From Selaginella moellendorffii (Eukaryota > Plantae > Lycopodiophyta): DNA of 64,000 bases. The notes beneath the pieces are model-generated. The model had not been told where the DNA came from and did not search any database. It was given only the letters and a program-made list of their open reading frames with translations. Made by a program: the position numbers and the translations under genes. Where the stretch lies: assembly GCF_000143415.4 (NCBI RefSeq), contig NW_003314311.1, positions 876,769 through 940,768 on the forward strand, given 5' to 3'. Of the stretch, positions 63,689 through 64,000 are shown piece after piece. Within the stretch, counting starts at the first letter, position 1. Every line of letters starts with the position of its first letter.

Positions 63689-64000
63689 CACTCCCACGTG
63701 TCATGTGTTTGTCCTTTTGGGTCCCTTTTTGGAGCCTCGCCTTTTGCTCGCTTCGTGCTCGTTCCTCGAGCACTTCGTTGGGAGTTCCACTCCCGCTCTT
63801 GACTTTTCAAGTCGGAGCTTTTGGTCCAAACGTGTTACGCTCGTTTGGCTCTCGCTTCGGCCACTACCATGTGGCGCCCTTCCGGCTCCACTTTGGGGCC
63901 TAGGGATTTTGTGTCTCACACAGTAGTCCAAGACTACCTGCATCATAATCCTGTCTCTCAAAGACTAGGCCATCCATCCATGCATGGTCATCCTAAACCA

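Larger units (their letters stand above)
56248..63920 (-). mobile_element. Young non-autonomous LTR retrotransposon (LARD-like)
   Basis: ~1.79 kb LTRs at 56248-58031 and 62131-63920 that are nearly identical, perfect TSD cagta, iMet PBS tggtatcggagc (62116-62127), PPT at 58032-58043, and a 4.1 kb interior without long ORFs. Confidence 0.93.

Overview
Repeat-rich eukaryotic window that looks like heterochromatin of a non-seed land plant, probably a fern (inferred from a Tcn1-like chromovirus and intron-containing plant gene fragments). From left to right: decayed Ty3/gypsy relics (1-7.8 kb); a ~17.5 kb + strand Helitron (about 8.1-25.6 kb) carrying a RepHel N-terminal fragment, RPA70 and captured CYP88A/KAO-like, ACBP4-like Kelch, MORC ATPase and F-box fragments, itself interrupted by a full-length chromovirus (15304-22669); then a decayed block (about 27-49.5 kb) that, once two nested LTR insertions are removed, reads as a MULE-like DDE transposase flanked by two paralogous beta-class amino-methyltransferase-like pseudogenes. 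These MTase-like genes are mostly invisible in the ORF track and are the best candidate for an undescribed system. Nested inside that block are a young Tcn1-like chromovirus (29142-34792) with a self-priming PBS and a -1 frameshift pseudoknot, and a chromovirus (36414-43637) inserted into a solo LTR of its own family. The only intact non-TE ORF is a single-exon secreted protein with an unknown N-terminal domain and a C-terminal GNA/bulb-type lectin (50511-51509). The window ends with a young non-autonomous LTR element (56248-63920) whose LTRs carry a minisatellite; it also sits in an older LTR of its own family. All homology calls come from motif recognition by eye and no searches were run.
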